A DNA stretch of 64,000 bases from Octopus sinensis (GCF_006345805.1 NC_043021.1:12338001-12402000); one strand, 5' to 3'; shown: positions 17,920 to 31,206, numbered from the stretch's first letter. Numbers and translations: made by a program. Notes: a model not told the origin generated them from the sequence alone.

Positions 17920-20500
17920 GCACAAGGCCTGAAATTTTTGTTGGGAGGGGGCTAATTAGTTACACTGACCCCTAGTAAATGGTTTGTTACACTGACCCCA
18001 AAATGATGAACAGCAAATTTAAGCTTGGTGGTATTTGAACTCAGAATGCAAGGAACCACAAGACATGCCACTATGCATTTTGTTTGATGTGCCAATGATT
18101 CTACCAGCTCACCACCTTAATAATAATAATGATAATAATCATTTCTACTATAGGCCTGAAATTTTGGGGGAAGGAGAAAGTCACTCAGATTGACCCCAGT
18201 ACTTGACTGGTACTTAATTTATTGAGCTCCAAAAGGATGAAAGGCAAAGTTGACCTCAGCAGAATTTGAACCCAGAACATAAAGATGGATGAGATGCCAC
18301 TAAGCATTTTGCCTAGCATGCTAACAATTCTGCCAGCTTGCCACCTTAAAGATGAGGATGATGACGATGACGACAATCTTTTCTATCATAGACACAATGC
18401 CTGAAATTTGTGGTGAGAGGACTGGTTGATTACATTGACCCCAGTGTTTCACTGGTACTTAATTTATCCACCCGAAAGGATGAAAAGCAAAGCCGACCAT
18501 GGTGGAATTTGAACTCAGAATGTGAAGACAGACAAAATGCTTCTAAGCATTTTGCCCAGCATGCTAACAATTCTACCAGATGGCCAATAATAATAATAAT
18601 AATCCTTTCTACTATAGGCACAAGGCCTGAAATTTTGGAGTGGAGGAAGATAGTCAATTGGATTTTTTCCAATGCTTAACTGGTATTTAATTTACATACC
18701 CCAAAAGGACTAAACTCAAATTAGACCTCAGTGGTATTTGAACTCAGAAAGAAAGAGCCAAAAATGCCACAAGACATTTTGTCCAACATGCTAATGATTC
18801 TACCAAATCGGCCCCTTTTTTCTATCACATGACTTTGTAAATGAACAATCTGGTGTGTTTATTTAAATGGCCTACCAATGAATACGGTGTTTCATTGCCC
18901 TAGGTGTTGTGAAGACGCTCTGTAAGAAATGGAAACAAAATTGAAAGAAGATGATGATGATAATAGTAATGATACTGATAATAGTGATTTCAAATTTTGG
19001 CACAAGGCCAGCAATTTGAGGGGATGGGTAAGTTGATTACAGTGTTCATTTCATCAACCCTGAAAGGATGAAAGGGGAAATTGACATCAACCTTGGCAGA
19101 ATTTGAACTCAGAACGTAAAGTCGGATGAAATGCGTAGCAGCATTTTGTCTGGCGTGCTAACGATGCTGCCAGCTTGTTGCCTTAGTAACACTAATAACA
19201 ATGTTAACGATATAACGTAACTGAAAAAAAAAACAATGAGAGATTGATGGGTGGTGCATCTTTTGTAATGTAGGCCTGCTCAATCGAAACTGACCTCAGG
19301 ATATACCATAACAACAACAACAACAACAAGAAAATACTAAGTCTGCTGTGATTGATGTTTTAACCTTTAGTGTGTCGGTCTGTTGTTGTTGTTGTTGTTG
19401 CTGTAGTAGTATATAATGTTATGTAGACATTAACAATTACCTTTGCCAACAATGCCGGATTGTTTTCAAAGTCTATTCACGGCAATAGTAGCAGCAGCAA
19501 CAGTACTGGTAGTAGTAGTGATGGTGGCGGTGGCGGCGGCAATAATGGTGGTGGTGGTGGTAGTCGTTGTGGTGGTGGTGGTGTGGTGATGGTAGTGGTG
19601 GTGATCGTGGTGGTGGTAGTTGTGGTAGTGGTGGTGATCGTGGTGGTGGTAGTTGTGGTAGTGGTGGTGGTGGTGGTGGTGGTGGCGGTGGTGATAGTGG
19701 TGGTGGTGGTGATGATGATGGTGGTGGTGGTGGTGGTGGTGGTGGTGATGGTAGTGGTGGTGATCGTGGTGGTGGTAGTTGTGGTAGTGGTGGTGGTGGT
19801 AGTAGTTGTGGTAGTAGTAGTAGTATTTGTGGCTGCACAATGTTTGGAACAGGCAGCTTCAGAGTACAAAATAGCATTTTCACCATCAACCGATATCATT
19901 GCCTTCTGTGGTTTCAAATTCTGGCACATGGCCAGCAATGTTGGCGGAGGTGGGTAAGTTGATTACATTGACACCAATGCTCAACTTGTACTTATTTTAT
20001 TGACCTCAAAAGGATGCGAAGCAAAGTCAACCCAGGCGGGATTTGAACTCAGAACGTTAATTCAGAAGTGTTGTTAAGCATTTCGCCCGGCATGCTAACG
20101 TTTCTTATTTCTTTATTGCCCACAAGGGGTTAAACATAGAGGGGACAAACAAGGACAGACAAAGGGATTAAGTCGATTACATCGACTCCAGTGCATAACT
20201 GGTACTTAATTTATCGACCCCAAAAGGATGAAAGACAAAGTCGACCTTGGCAGAATTTGAACTCAGAACGTAAAGACTGATGAAATACCACTAAGCATTT
20301 CGCCCGGCGTGCTAACATTTCTGCCTGCTCGCCGCCTTCTTCTGCCAGCTCACAGCATGATAATGATTCTGCCAGCTTGACACCTTACTTGGCAATAAAA
20401 TATTGATTTGAAATTTTGGCTCAAGACCAGCAATGTTGGCAGAGGTAGGTAAGTCGATAACATTGGCCCCAGTGCACAACTGGTACTTACTTTATAGAAC
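17920..20500 (-). mobile_element. Cluster of family-B tRNA-derived SINEs, nearly all minus strand, separated by (AAT)/(GAT)/(GGT) tracts
   Basis: Repeated core GACCCC...ACTGGTACTTAATTTATYGACCCCGAAAGGATGAAAGGCAAAGTCGACC...GAATTTGAACTCAGAA. Many further copies at 24728-24940, 26983-27150(+), 30220-30640, 32001-32230(+), 33925-34490, 35815-36930, 37710-37900, 42725-43170, 53230-53420, 61640-61870(+). Confidence 0.85.
19480..19830. repeat. (GGT)n trinucleotide repeat
   Basis: Seen directly. Confidence 0.9.
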
Positions 20501-20514
20501 TCCAAAATGATATA

Positions 20515-20725
20515 TTGGCCGTTTGCCAGCCTCTCTGGCACATAAAAAGCACCCACTGCACTCATGGAGTGGTTGGCGTTAGGAAGGGCATCCAGCCGTA
20601 GAAACATTGCCAGATCAGACTGGGCCTGGTGCAGCCTTCTGGCTTCCCAGACCCTAGTTGAACCGTCCAACCCATGCCAGCATGGAAAGCGGATGCTAAA
20701 TGATGATGATGATGATGATGATGAT
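20515..20725 (+). mobile_element. RTE-LINE 3'UTR-derived repeat (family C) ending in (GAT)n
   Basis: GGCACATAAAAAGCACCC...GTTAGGAAGGGCATCCAGC...GCATGGAAAGCGGATGCTAAA(TGA)n. The same sequence follows RTE ORF ends at ~57.2 and ~59 kb. More than 10 other copies in the window. Confidence 0.75.
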
Positions 20726-22370
20726 ATGGCCTATTGGTTAGGGTGTTGTACTCACGATCATCAGATCATGGTATCAATTCCTCACTGTGCAGTGAGACCT
20801 ATCCAGCCCCTATGAGTAAGGAAAACCTCGTCATTGTTTTACTGTCTACTTTTGTATGCTTGCATGGATCAGACAGAATTTATTGAGGCAGGCTTTCTAC
20901 AGGTGGATGCCCTTCCTGTCACCTACTCTCAACTGTTTTCAGATGCAGAAACACTTCCATATGGCCTGACATGTTTTCATGAAAGATCATAAATGAATGA
21001 CATGACTGCTTGTGTGACAAGTGGCATTTTCTAAAAAGCCTTAGACACAATGACATCTTGAAAACCCGAAAGGATGATGAAGCTGGTGGAAAGACACAGT
21101 AAGATAAGACACTGGATGGCTCTTACAGAAAGACTGACTTGATAACTCACTCACTAAGTTGTGTGTGGTGGGACAGGAGAGGGCGGTGGCTCATGATCAG
21201 TGAAGCCTGCAGACACGGCACACATAAAGAGGAAAAGCCTGGGAATACATAGGGGGACAAGGAAATGGTGATGTGAAACTGTTCAACATAATCTGGGAGA
21301 CCTACATTTCACAGATCAGTAACATTAACAAAATGTGTGTCAAGAGTAAAAATTTTAAATTGACTATCCCTTACATCCGTCCATTGTCTGGTTAACATAG
21401 AAAAAAATAATGTATAAATAAAATTATGTTTTCCTCTGTTTAATCTGATTGATGTCCTCGTGACAAAATAGGGACAGTTCTCTTTATAGTTTTTCTCACA
21501 GCCTAGTTTCCCTGATGGGTGAGAATACTTATGGTTGAAAAATACTGTGAAGAATTTCACAAAGAGCCCTCAACCACCTCCCCACTAGGTTATTGGGGAC
21601 ATATGTAGCAGAGATGTGTTTTTTTTCCTTAATTTATGAAAAAAGAATAATGGGCAAAAAAAAGAGAAAAAATAAATTCACATCAGATGTCCTAGTTAGG
21701 TGAGAAATATGATAGTTTTATTCCAAATTAAATTGTTTTCAAATCAAAGAATATTGGGAGTGTGTACAAATGTATTTGCTACATATATATGTGTGTGTGT
21801 GTGTGTTGTGTTGTGTGTGTTGTGTGTGTGTGAGTGTGTGCATTGTATATACACACATACATGCATATGCATGCATGCACACACACGCATACACACACAC
21901 ACAAACACACACATGCTTCAGAACAAAGCATATATACACTAAGTTATTAGCTTGGCAATGTCGAAGCAAAATATTAAGGAAGAGTGTGTGTGTGTATGTG
22001 CTTGTATGTGCATGCATGAATATATATATATATGTATATACATACATATATATATCCCTGATTGCATAATATTTTTATTTGTGCTGTTAAATGTTTTAAT
22101 CCTTCCTGTTCTCTTCGCAAACTGTTTTTCTCTGTTATCTTGTGCGGTACGGTGGACAAATTTAAGACTTTAGCTCTTATTTCTAGCAGGTGGATGCTTG
22201 TTAAGCATCCTAACGCTTCGTACAAATTTATAATTCATAGCTATTTAATGCTATTGCACCTGCGATCCACCTATGTCACTGCTGGTGATATCATCAATTT
22301 TAAAATTTATCCACAGATGATATGAACAGTAGTGATATCTGATTTCAAATTCCAGTGTTTGAATGTTTTG

Positions 22371-22424
<54 letters not shown>

Positions 22425-23494
22425 TATACAATATATGAAATCATAAATGACAGAGAAATAGTTGGATGAAATTTTATTTAACAAAGAAATTCAAATATTA
22501 TGACAAATAAATTGTTTCGTAACTTAAAAACATGTAAATAATTTATATTATTATATTTGATAGTAAATAAATTACCTACATGTCTGTGTTAATCTTTCAA
22601 AATGATGCAGAATTTAAGCTACATCCTCAGGTGAAAGAAAGTCTTTGTTAAATACTAAACTCCCAATGTAACATTATAAGAATGCAAAGTCAAAATTATA
22701 AAAGATTATGGAAGACAATAATAATAAAATTGATATGAATTATTGAGACAATTTCCTAATAAATGGAAGGGAATTTTAGTAATATAATCAAAAAGTAAGT
22801 ATATATAAGTACAATATGTTTTGTAAAATGATACATTAAGGAGCTTTTTTTATGAGTACTACCAGATTACTTGAATTCATATATTGTACCTAAATACATA
22901 TATATCATCATCATCATCATTATCATCTAAATCTGCTTTCCAGGATCTTCCTCTACCTCTGGGAAATTTTGTTAACCCATAGATGAGACCCTGACAGATA
23001 CTACTGTTTTGGGTCGAAACAGACCTGGGGGTAACGGTAATTAAAGGATGACTCCATGCCCCCTTTATCTCCAGAATTAGAATCTCACCACCAGATGCAG
23101 CTTAATTTCATACCCCTATATATGTATATACATATATGTGTGTGTATTTAAATTTAAATAATAAGGGTGAAAAATTGAATATCAATTTGATTAATATCAA
23201 TTTAAAACCAGTGGCCTAGCATATGAAACCGGGTTTGTGATTAATCTTTACATTTTGTATCTTGTCATTTGTCTTGCTTGCTTATGTTCTGGCGTTTGGT
23301 GAATTTTCTTGAGAACAATCTTTTCTTAGTGGTCAGAGCATATGGTGTCTACCTCTAGCATAATGGATGTCCACTAGGTGGTCATCCCTCTTATATATAT
23401 GTGTGTGTATGTTGCATTCAAAATGTGACCGCGTGTGTACCGTTGGCGATTTTTTTCCTCCGTCTTCCCTTCTTTGGACCTTTCCTTTTTCTAT

Positions 23495-23529
23495 GTTTCT
23501 GACGAAGAGCTCCACTCGAAACATTAAAC
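23495..23529 (+). ncRNA. Minimal type I hammerhead ribozyme motif (CpG-decayed) within a short repeat (~23400-23615)
   Basis: GTTT-CTGACGA-A-GAG-CTCCA-CTC-GAAAC-ATT-AAAC: stem I GTTT/AAAC, stem II GAG/CTC and both core boxes present; ATT likely from GTT. Confidence 0.65.
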
Positions 23530-23617
23530 CCTCCTTCTTTCCTTCCTTCCCGAGCATCCAATAATACTATATTTGTTCCACGTCCTTGCGTTGTTGTGTT
23601 TACATGTTTGGATTAAC

Positions 23618-23648
<31 letters not shown>

Positions 23649-24661
23649 CTATGATGCTGATGACATACACACATGCACAGACACATACACATACACACAC
23701 TCACATACGCACATACAATTGACTTTTTATCAATTTCCATCTACCAGTTCCACTCATAAGAGTGGGCTACAGTAGAAAATGCTGGTCTGAAATGCTGTTG
23801 TGAGACTTCAGCCAAAGTCAGATGGTTGAGAAGCAAACTTTCCTTCATACACAGCCATACTTGTGCCTATCCCGGCCATTTCCGTAAGCAATGTAAACAT
23901 GGATGTAAAACGATGCTGGTGATCCTCTACGATACTCCTTCCTTTCTTTCATTTTTGTCTTGTTACTGAAGCTCATATTATTTTCCTCTTAATTTAATAT
24001 TTTATAATATTTTGTATTTCCTTTGATAGGTGTACATAAGACTATAAATAGCAAATTGTCTGAAGATGCATTAGATAATAGTGTTTGCTTATGAGAGAGA
24101 AAGAGAGAGAGAGCAGTAATATTAGAATGAGCTGAAATCTAATCTACATAGGTGTTTATTAAGATGGCTGTTGAACTTCACAGTTCAAGGCTAAGGTGGG
24201 CTTCTCTTTTGTTTTTGTTTTTTTCGTATTTGTAAGCAAAGTTCAATGTTACTGGCAATCTTGGCAGAAATCAAGGTAGTTTTTTTTAAACTGTAGACAC
24301 TATTTTGTTTGTTTTGTTTGTTTTTCCTTCGTCTAAATATAGCTTAAAATATAAACATGGCTACATTAACATAATTAATGTTTTTCTTACTGAGCCAGAG
24401 AGAAGGTCAGCTGGTTGTAAGATAATAGAGTACTCCTCTGTTTTAGTCAACACTTTACTGACTGACCAAGTAATGTTTTGGTTAGTTTTCACAGAGGTAA
24501 GTCTTGTGGATGGATTTACAGTTCCTTTAGGTGAAAGAAATAAAAGGGAGGCACATGGCTATGAACTACAACCTGCTTAAATTCAATACACTTAACGCTT
24601 TGGCATTCAAATTACTTTTTAAACAAAATGTACCATAAAATATTAGTATCTTTTGTTGTAT

Positions 24662-25018
24662 CTAGGGAGGGTCATTATGCCAATATTATTAACACACACA
24701 CACACTGGTTCAGTTCCACTCCATTATTCTTTTTTACTCTAGGCACAAGGCCCGAAATTTTGGGGGAGGAGGCCAGTCGATTAGATCGACCCCAGTATGC
24801 AACTGGTACTTAATTTATTGACCCTGAAAGGATGAAAGGCTAAGTTGATCTCCACAGAATTTGAACTCAGAACATAAAAACAGACAAAATACCATGAAGA
24901 ATTTCGCCCGGCATATTAACGTTTCTGCCAGCTCACCGCCTTAGTTCCACTCCCTTATTATTAGTGGAATTGAACTAGTGCATGTGTTAATTATATCGGT
25001 ATAATGACTCTCCCTAGA
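24662..25018. mobile_element. MITE with TIR TCTAGGGAGGGTCATTATGCC / ATAATGACTCTCCCTAGA, TA-flanked, containing a nested family-B SINE
   Basis: TIRs at both ends; SINE flanked by AGTTCCACTCC direct repeat (~24712-24722 and ~24943-24953). Second family member at ~55137-55475. Confidence 0.65.
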
Positions 25019-27545
25019 TACAATAAAATTTGTTTCAGCACACAAGTTCACATAAAGAATCTATCAAATCAGATACAAAAACGAAATATTAATATCATTT
25101 AACAAGTAACGTTCCACCACTGTAACATCTGCTTAACCTCTCCCTCTCTGATAACGGAATACTCGGCCTATGGAATCCTTGCTCGGCACGAAGTTCCAAT
25201 ACCTGGGATATTCCAGAAACATTTGTTAGACACTATGTACACCTTTTTATTACCTCGCTAAATTATATGTCTTTGTCAAGTCTGGTCAAACAGTTCGGCT
25301 CTTCATTTTTTTTTTTTTAATCTATACATACCTGCTCAAGGGGAAGCCACTTCTAGCCACTTTAAAAGTCGTGAAATTGTATGTTCAACTGCAGTTCATA
25401 CTGGTATTTTAGTGGCATACCGAATTGAGCAGTTAGAGTGCATACCTGTTAGTTTGAGTCATCTTGATGAAAACTCCTCATATATTTTATATTCAAATTG
25501 CTCCATCAACTTTAATAGTTCTTCATTCACATTGTTTTGAATTAATCATGCAGTATCTTGTAGCTTTGAGATTTCAATAATGTGATTGTTTATTTATAGA
25601 ATGGCATAGTAGGGTAGGTGTAAGAGGCTGGATCTGGTAGGTTTGAACATAAAACAGGGAAAATATTGGGGCTGGATGTTGCTAGTTTAAATGCTAAAGA
25701 TTTAAACTCCTGCATGTGCAGAGGTGAGGGCATACACACGCTCATGCAATCTGTTCGTCTATGCTCACGCACTTGCCATCAGACATCCATGCGCTCACCC
25801 ATTCACTCATATACACCCAAAATGTATCCTCCCTCCTCTCCTCCACTCCCCATCAAGCATTCCCACCTCCCCACATTGCATTCCCTAACACTTGTCACTT
25901 CTCTATCTATGGTGCTACTCAGCTGCTGCAGTCATCTAAGAGCAGAATAGGCGCCTATTACATCCCCGCCTTCTCTAGAACCATTTCCATTTCTTATTAT
26001 CATCCCTACCCCTCACACTATTTCCACCACCTTTCTGTGCTCTCCTCCTTTTTCGTGCTCTCCTTCTTTCTGTGCTCTCCTTATTTCTGTGCTCTCAGCC
26101 ATTGCTCTCCTCTGCTGTGCTCCATTCATAACACCTACTACTTGCTATCATTTTCAAGGCCTTCTCATCTCAAACGCCACACCCTCACTTACCACAGCCC
26201 TTCCCTATATGCCAACCGACCACTCCTATATCTCTCACCATTAATCATTGCATGCACTTCTACACCCATCCTTCCTCCTCTAGCCATTCTCCCACCACCG
26301 TAATCATCTATGTCTCGAGATGCTCCAGCATCCCACCACCACCATCACCACAACTATCTTTCCTGCTTTCCAACCACTCAGCCTCGTATCTCTATTACAA
26401 GCAACCTGGGCTTGTTCTTTTATCACACTTCTAGCCTCTCAACACCTGGCATAGAACCATCGCCCTCTCTCCCTCCGCTTCCTCTCAAATATAGTAAATT
26501 TACCCCTCTACCCCCTCCACCCCTTTTTCTTTTTTTCTACTTCCTATCCTTTTCTTTCCTCGCTTTGCAGGTTACTTGGCAACCTTGGTGGAAATAGTGT
26601 GAGGGTAGGAATGATAATGGGGTGGGGAGGGGGTACGGAGAAAATAGCACCCGGTACACTCTGTAAAACAGTTGACATAAGGAAGGGCATCCAGCAGTAG
26701 AAACCATGCCCAAGCTGACACTGGGACTTGCTGTGACCTTAAAGCTCATCAGATTGTTGTCAAATCCTCCTGCCCATGCCTATATTAAATGATGATGATG
26801 ATGATGATGATAAAATATGTATCTATATATACAGAAATGCTGATCAACCATGGATCAGATATAAGGACAAGATGATGAATAACCTCTCAGCAATCAATAA
26901 AGCTCACAACACCTTTGAGCAAACAACCTTGGAGTAAACAAAATGGAGACTGTTGTGTCAAAATACTATAAGAGATGGCGAACTGGCAGAATCGTTAGCA
27001 CGCCGGGCAAAATGCTTAGCAGTATTTTGTCTGCCAATACATTCTTAGTTCAAATTCTGCCATGGTCAACTTTGCCTTTCATCCTTTCGGGGTCGATTAA
27101 ATAAGTACCAGTTACGCACTGGGGTCGATGTAATCGACTTACTCTCTCCCCCAAAATTGAAAGGTTTTAATAAAATGTCTTTGTGGTTGTGTGGTAAGAA
27201 GCTTGCTTCCCAGCCACATGGTTCTGGGTTCGGTCCCACTGGTCAGCAAGTTTTTTTTTCCCAGATCTGTCTGTTTGGTATATTTTTAGCATTCATTGTT
27301 CTGTTGTTGTTGTATGAGATTAACTAGCTCTGAGGAACAAAGGCCATTAAAGTAGCAATAGAAAAGACAGAGAGAGAGAGAGAGAGAGAGTAGACAGTAT
27401 GCTTGTGGGCCAGTGCCTTGTGACATGTGTCTGTAATGGAATGAGTGAGACCGTTAGAATAATGGTAGAAAAGATATGAGTAGTAGAAAGTATGGTTGTG
27501 GGCAAATGGCTGTTGTATGTCTGTTGATGATGGAATGACAATCGG

Positions 27546-27695
27546 TCAAGTGGTCTTTTTCTGGTTGTTGTCAAGGATATCTGGGTCCATAGCAACAGCA
27601 CCATCATCCCAGGTGTGGGAGAAGTAGTCCATTGTGAGCTCCACTCTGTTCATGTAGAATGTCAGAATGTCTTCTCGACCATGGTTGATCTTGAG
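27546..27695 (-). CDS. Terminal coding exon of an unidentified gene nested antisense in the SARM1 intron: LKINHGREDILTFYMNRVELTMDYFSHTWDDGAVAMDPDILDNNQKKTT*
   Basis: Acceptor ttgttgttgttgttttag|CTC at 27696/27695; 49 codons then TGA in phase 0; 30/49 codons end in G/C in an AT-rich background; non-repetitive protein-like composition. Confidence 0.7.
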   Translation of the reverse strand, partial: LKINHGREDILTFYMNRVELTMDYFSHTWDDGAVAMDPDILDNNQKKTT

Positions 27696-28282
27696 CTAAA
27701 ACAACAACAACAACAGCAACAACTATATGGATAAGATAAATCAATGAGAGGAGCTTATATGTGATTTTCTAGCCCGCCAGAAATAGCAGCCAAATCTATT
27801 TCAAATCATATTGTAGTGTCTTAAAACAAGAAGGATATGTAGCCCTTGCTTCTGTGATGAACACAGAACACCTTTAACCCTATGTATACGTGATCTAGCC
27901 CAACTGGTATGGGGTCAGGTGGATCGGAAGGGACTGAACAACAACATGGACAAAGCAAAGATTTTTTTTTTTTGCCATGAAGGTAACATTTTTAACGAAC
28001 AATAATGATGAACAATAATGATGATGAAGATGATATTGATAATGATGTTGAATAATTTCTATTGGCAAATATCAAATTAGTTTCTGTGTGCACTAATTGA
28101 ACTTGGTGATAATGGAAACAGCAATGATGCTGCTGATGCTGATGATTGTGGTGGTGATGGTGATGATGATGATGATGAAAATCTACTTTTACAACCATGT
28201 GATGGTGCTCTTAATGGTTTTCAATCTAATTTCATTAAAATTTCAGCATAAAGCACCAGTTGATTGATGTAAATTCGACTTT

Positions 28283-28725
28283 TAGTAATGGTGGTGGCAG
28301 TAGGTGGTGGTGGTGGTGGTGGTGGTGGTGGTGGCAGTGGCGGCAGCGGCGGTGGCATTACAGGTAGTGGTGGTGGCAATAATAATAGTAGTAGTGGTGG
28401 TGGTGGTGGTGGTGGCAATAATAGTAGTAGTGGTGGTGGTGGTGGTGGTGGTGGTGGTGGTGGTGGCAGTGGCGGCAGCGGCGGTGGCATTACAGGTAGT
28501 GGTGGTGGCAATAATAATAGTAGTAGTGGTGGTGGTGGTGGTGGTGGCAATAATAGTAGTAGTGGTGGTGGTGGTGGTGGTGGTGGTGACAATAATAGTA
28601 GTAGTGGTGGTGCTGGCGGCAGCACTAATGGTAGTGATGGTGGCAATAGTAGAAATAGTAGTAGTGATAGTAGCAGCAGCAGTGGTAGTAGGTGTTGTTG
28701 GTGATGGTGTTGCAACAACACCACC
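28283..28725. repeat. (GGT/AGT/AAT)n repeat with an internally duplicated ~120-bp block
   Basis: GGCAGTGGCGGCAGCGGCGGTGGCATTACAGG occurs twice (~28332 and ~28464). Confidence 0.9.
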
Positions 28726-29087
28726 ACCACAAAAATAGTGGTTCTGGTGTCGTTTTTGTTTAACTCTAGGCCAACCAACTAACCCTGAATGAGCAGAGCT
28801 ATGATCAATCAAAGACACACACGTGTGTGCGACAGGCCTCTTTCAGCCTTCATCTGCAAAATCCAATCACAAGGCTTAGGTTAGTCTAGAACTGTAGTAG
28901 AAGGCACTTACCCAAGGTGCCTTGCTGTGGAATTGATCCTGGAACCAAGCAGTTGGAAAGTAAGCTTCCCAACCCACAGCCACACTTGCACCTATTTGTG
29001 TTATAAAATTTCAAATTTAGAGCACAAAAATGACTCAGACGTGCATTTGCATATAATTAACATATTACTGTTTTTCGTGGAACCTCT

Positions 29088-29380
29088 AGCTATCTCTTAT
29101 GAAACCCTTAACAGCCCCTCGCAGAATCCCTACTAATCTCCCCTGAAACCCTTAGCAACCCTTCTCAAAATCTCTAGCAACATCTCATGAATCCCTTAAT
29201 GACCCCTCTTGGAGTCCCTAGCAACCTCTCATGAAACTCTTAGTGGTCCCTCTCAGAATCTCTAGCAACATCTCATGATAACCTTAATGACTCCTCTTGG
29301 AATCCTTGGCAACCTCTCGTAAAACCCTTAGCGATCCCTCACAGAATCCCTAGCAACTTCTCATGAAACCCTCAGCAACT
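29088..29380. repeat. Degenerate minisatellite (~21/42-bp periodicity; AATCYCTAGCAAC..CTCATGAAACCCTTA)
   Basis: Recurring CTAGCAAC / CTCATGA / CCCTTA motifs. Confidence 0.7.
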
Positions 29381-31206
29381 GCTTGCAGAGTGCTTGTAAG
29401 AGGTTGCTAGGGTGGGGAATAATGAACTAGGAGATTCATACATTGACTTGTTCAGTAATTTGTTGTTGATGGTGGCGGTGGTGATGTTGTTGTTTAACTC
29501 CAGGTCAGCCTTGCTCATAGAGAACTATGAGCAGAGATTGTCCCACCATAACCTATCCTCATGTTATGTATGTCTTCATAGTCCATCTTGCTCTTTACTC
29601 TCTTTTTTCTTTTAAGAATTTCCTCCTCACCCATGTTACTTTCATAAAGTCATTGACCAACAAGTGTTAACAGAATATTGACCACATCAAATTTGAATGA
29701 TCAGGGAGGGTCTACAAAAGGTCAAAGGTCATAGGCACTGCTCCTACTTCCTTTTTTTTTTTTTTTTTGGTCTGTAAGTGTTATTTCCTATTTGTTTCTA
29801 TCTAGAAATCAAAGGAAATGACTACTATTCCCTTCAAACTTTGCTTTTGTGACCTGAACATCATTGTTTTATAACTGACTTATATTCCATTGCATTTCAG
29901 CATAAATGTCATTATAGCAAACCTTCTGCTCAGTACCACAGTTTTGCTTGTCAGTTGCTTGATCTTAACCACTTGAGCTTGTCCCTTAGTGAATGACAAT
30001 ATGTGCACCTCTGATGATAAGCAGGATTAGTTGGGGAATCTCATAGCCATATGTAGAGAAGGATTCTTTAGGGTTTGAATAAATGTAACAAAAGCAAAGG
30101 TTGGAAAGAAATATTAGCCATCTTTCATACTTTCTAGGAGAAAGCAAACGGGAAATAACAGTTGCTACCCAAGAACAAAAATCATGTTACACAGTGTAAT
30201 GGAACATATTCTTTTCTGCTCAGGCACAAGGCCCGAAATTTTTGGGAGGGGATTAAGTCGATTAGATCAACCCCAGTATGCAACTGTTACTTAATTTATT
30301 GATCCCAATAGGATGAAAGGCAAAGTCGACCTCAACGAAATTTGAACTCGGAACATAAAAACAGATAAAATACTGCTGAGCATTTCGCCTGGCATGCTAA
30401 CGTTTCTTATTTCTTTACTGCCCACAAGGGGCTACACACAGAGGAGACGAACAAGGACAGACAAATGGATTAAGTCGATTATATCAATCTCAGTGCATAA
30501 CTAGTATTTATTTAATCGACCCCGAAAGGATGAAAGGCAAAATTAACCTCGGCGGAATTTGAACTTAGAACATTAGTGGCTGATGAAATACCCCTAAGCT
30601 TTTCGCCCAGCGTGCTAACATTTCTGCCAACTCACCATCTTAGTGTAATGGAACATATTAAAGAGAGTTTGGAATTGAGACTCTGTTCTGATTGTTATAG
30701 TATTTTTTGTTTAAACTATAACAAATTCAGTTTCAAAATATTAATATACATATTTTCTTTTTATGTGTGTGGCCAGAGCAATGTATTTGCTTAAGCATTA
30801 ATTAGCTTGTCTAAATCAGCCTGCCTAATAAGCCTATGCAAAAGGTCAACAGTTCAAAGTTTGCTCATTAAATAAGCAAGCTTGGTTTTCCTTTCAACTT
30901 GATCGACCTCAGATAATCAATTCTCATCTTAAATATATTTTTAATTGCATTACATAAATAATCAGATGCTTAAACAAGATTTTATTTACTAATGTATTCC
31001 TGAAGAGGCTGATTGGTTGAGTTGTTAGAGTACCTTACAATATTTTTTCTAGCTCTCTGTGCATCGAGTTCAAATCCCACTGTGGTTAACTTGCCCTTTT
31101 GTTTTTTGGGGGGTTTTTTTGTATTTCTTATTTGGTTGAGGCTATTTATAAAATACCAATCTGGGGTTGAGAGGGAAGGAGTGGCAAAATTATTAGAATA
31201 TTATTA

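Noticed and set aside
24446-24502. Perfect plus-strand donor GAG|GTAAGT as an alternative SARM1 exon
   Set aside because: A single 9-mer is plausible by chance in 64 kb, and the upstream frame is not SARM1-like.
26833-26876. EMLINHGSDI resembling an ankyrin motif
   Set aside because: Immediately followed by stops and has no donor site.
13420-28818. Poly-His/Pro/Val/Gly/Thr ORFs at 13.4-14.9, 19.5-20.0 and 28.2-28.8 kb resembling extensin or Gly-rich proteins
   Set aside because: Trinucleotide repeats open in all frames on both strands, with no splice context.
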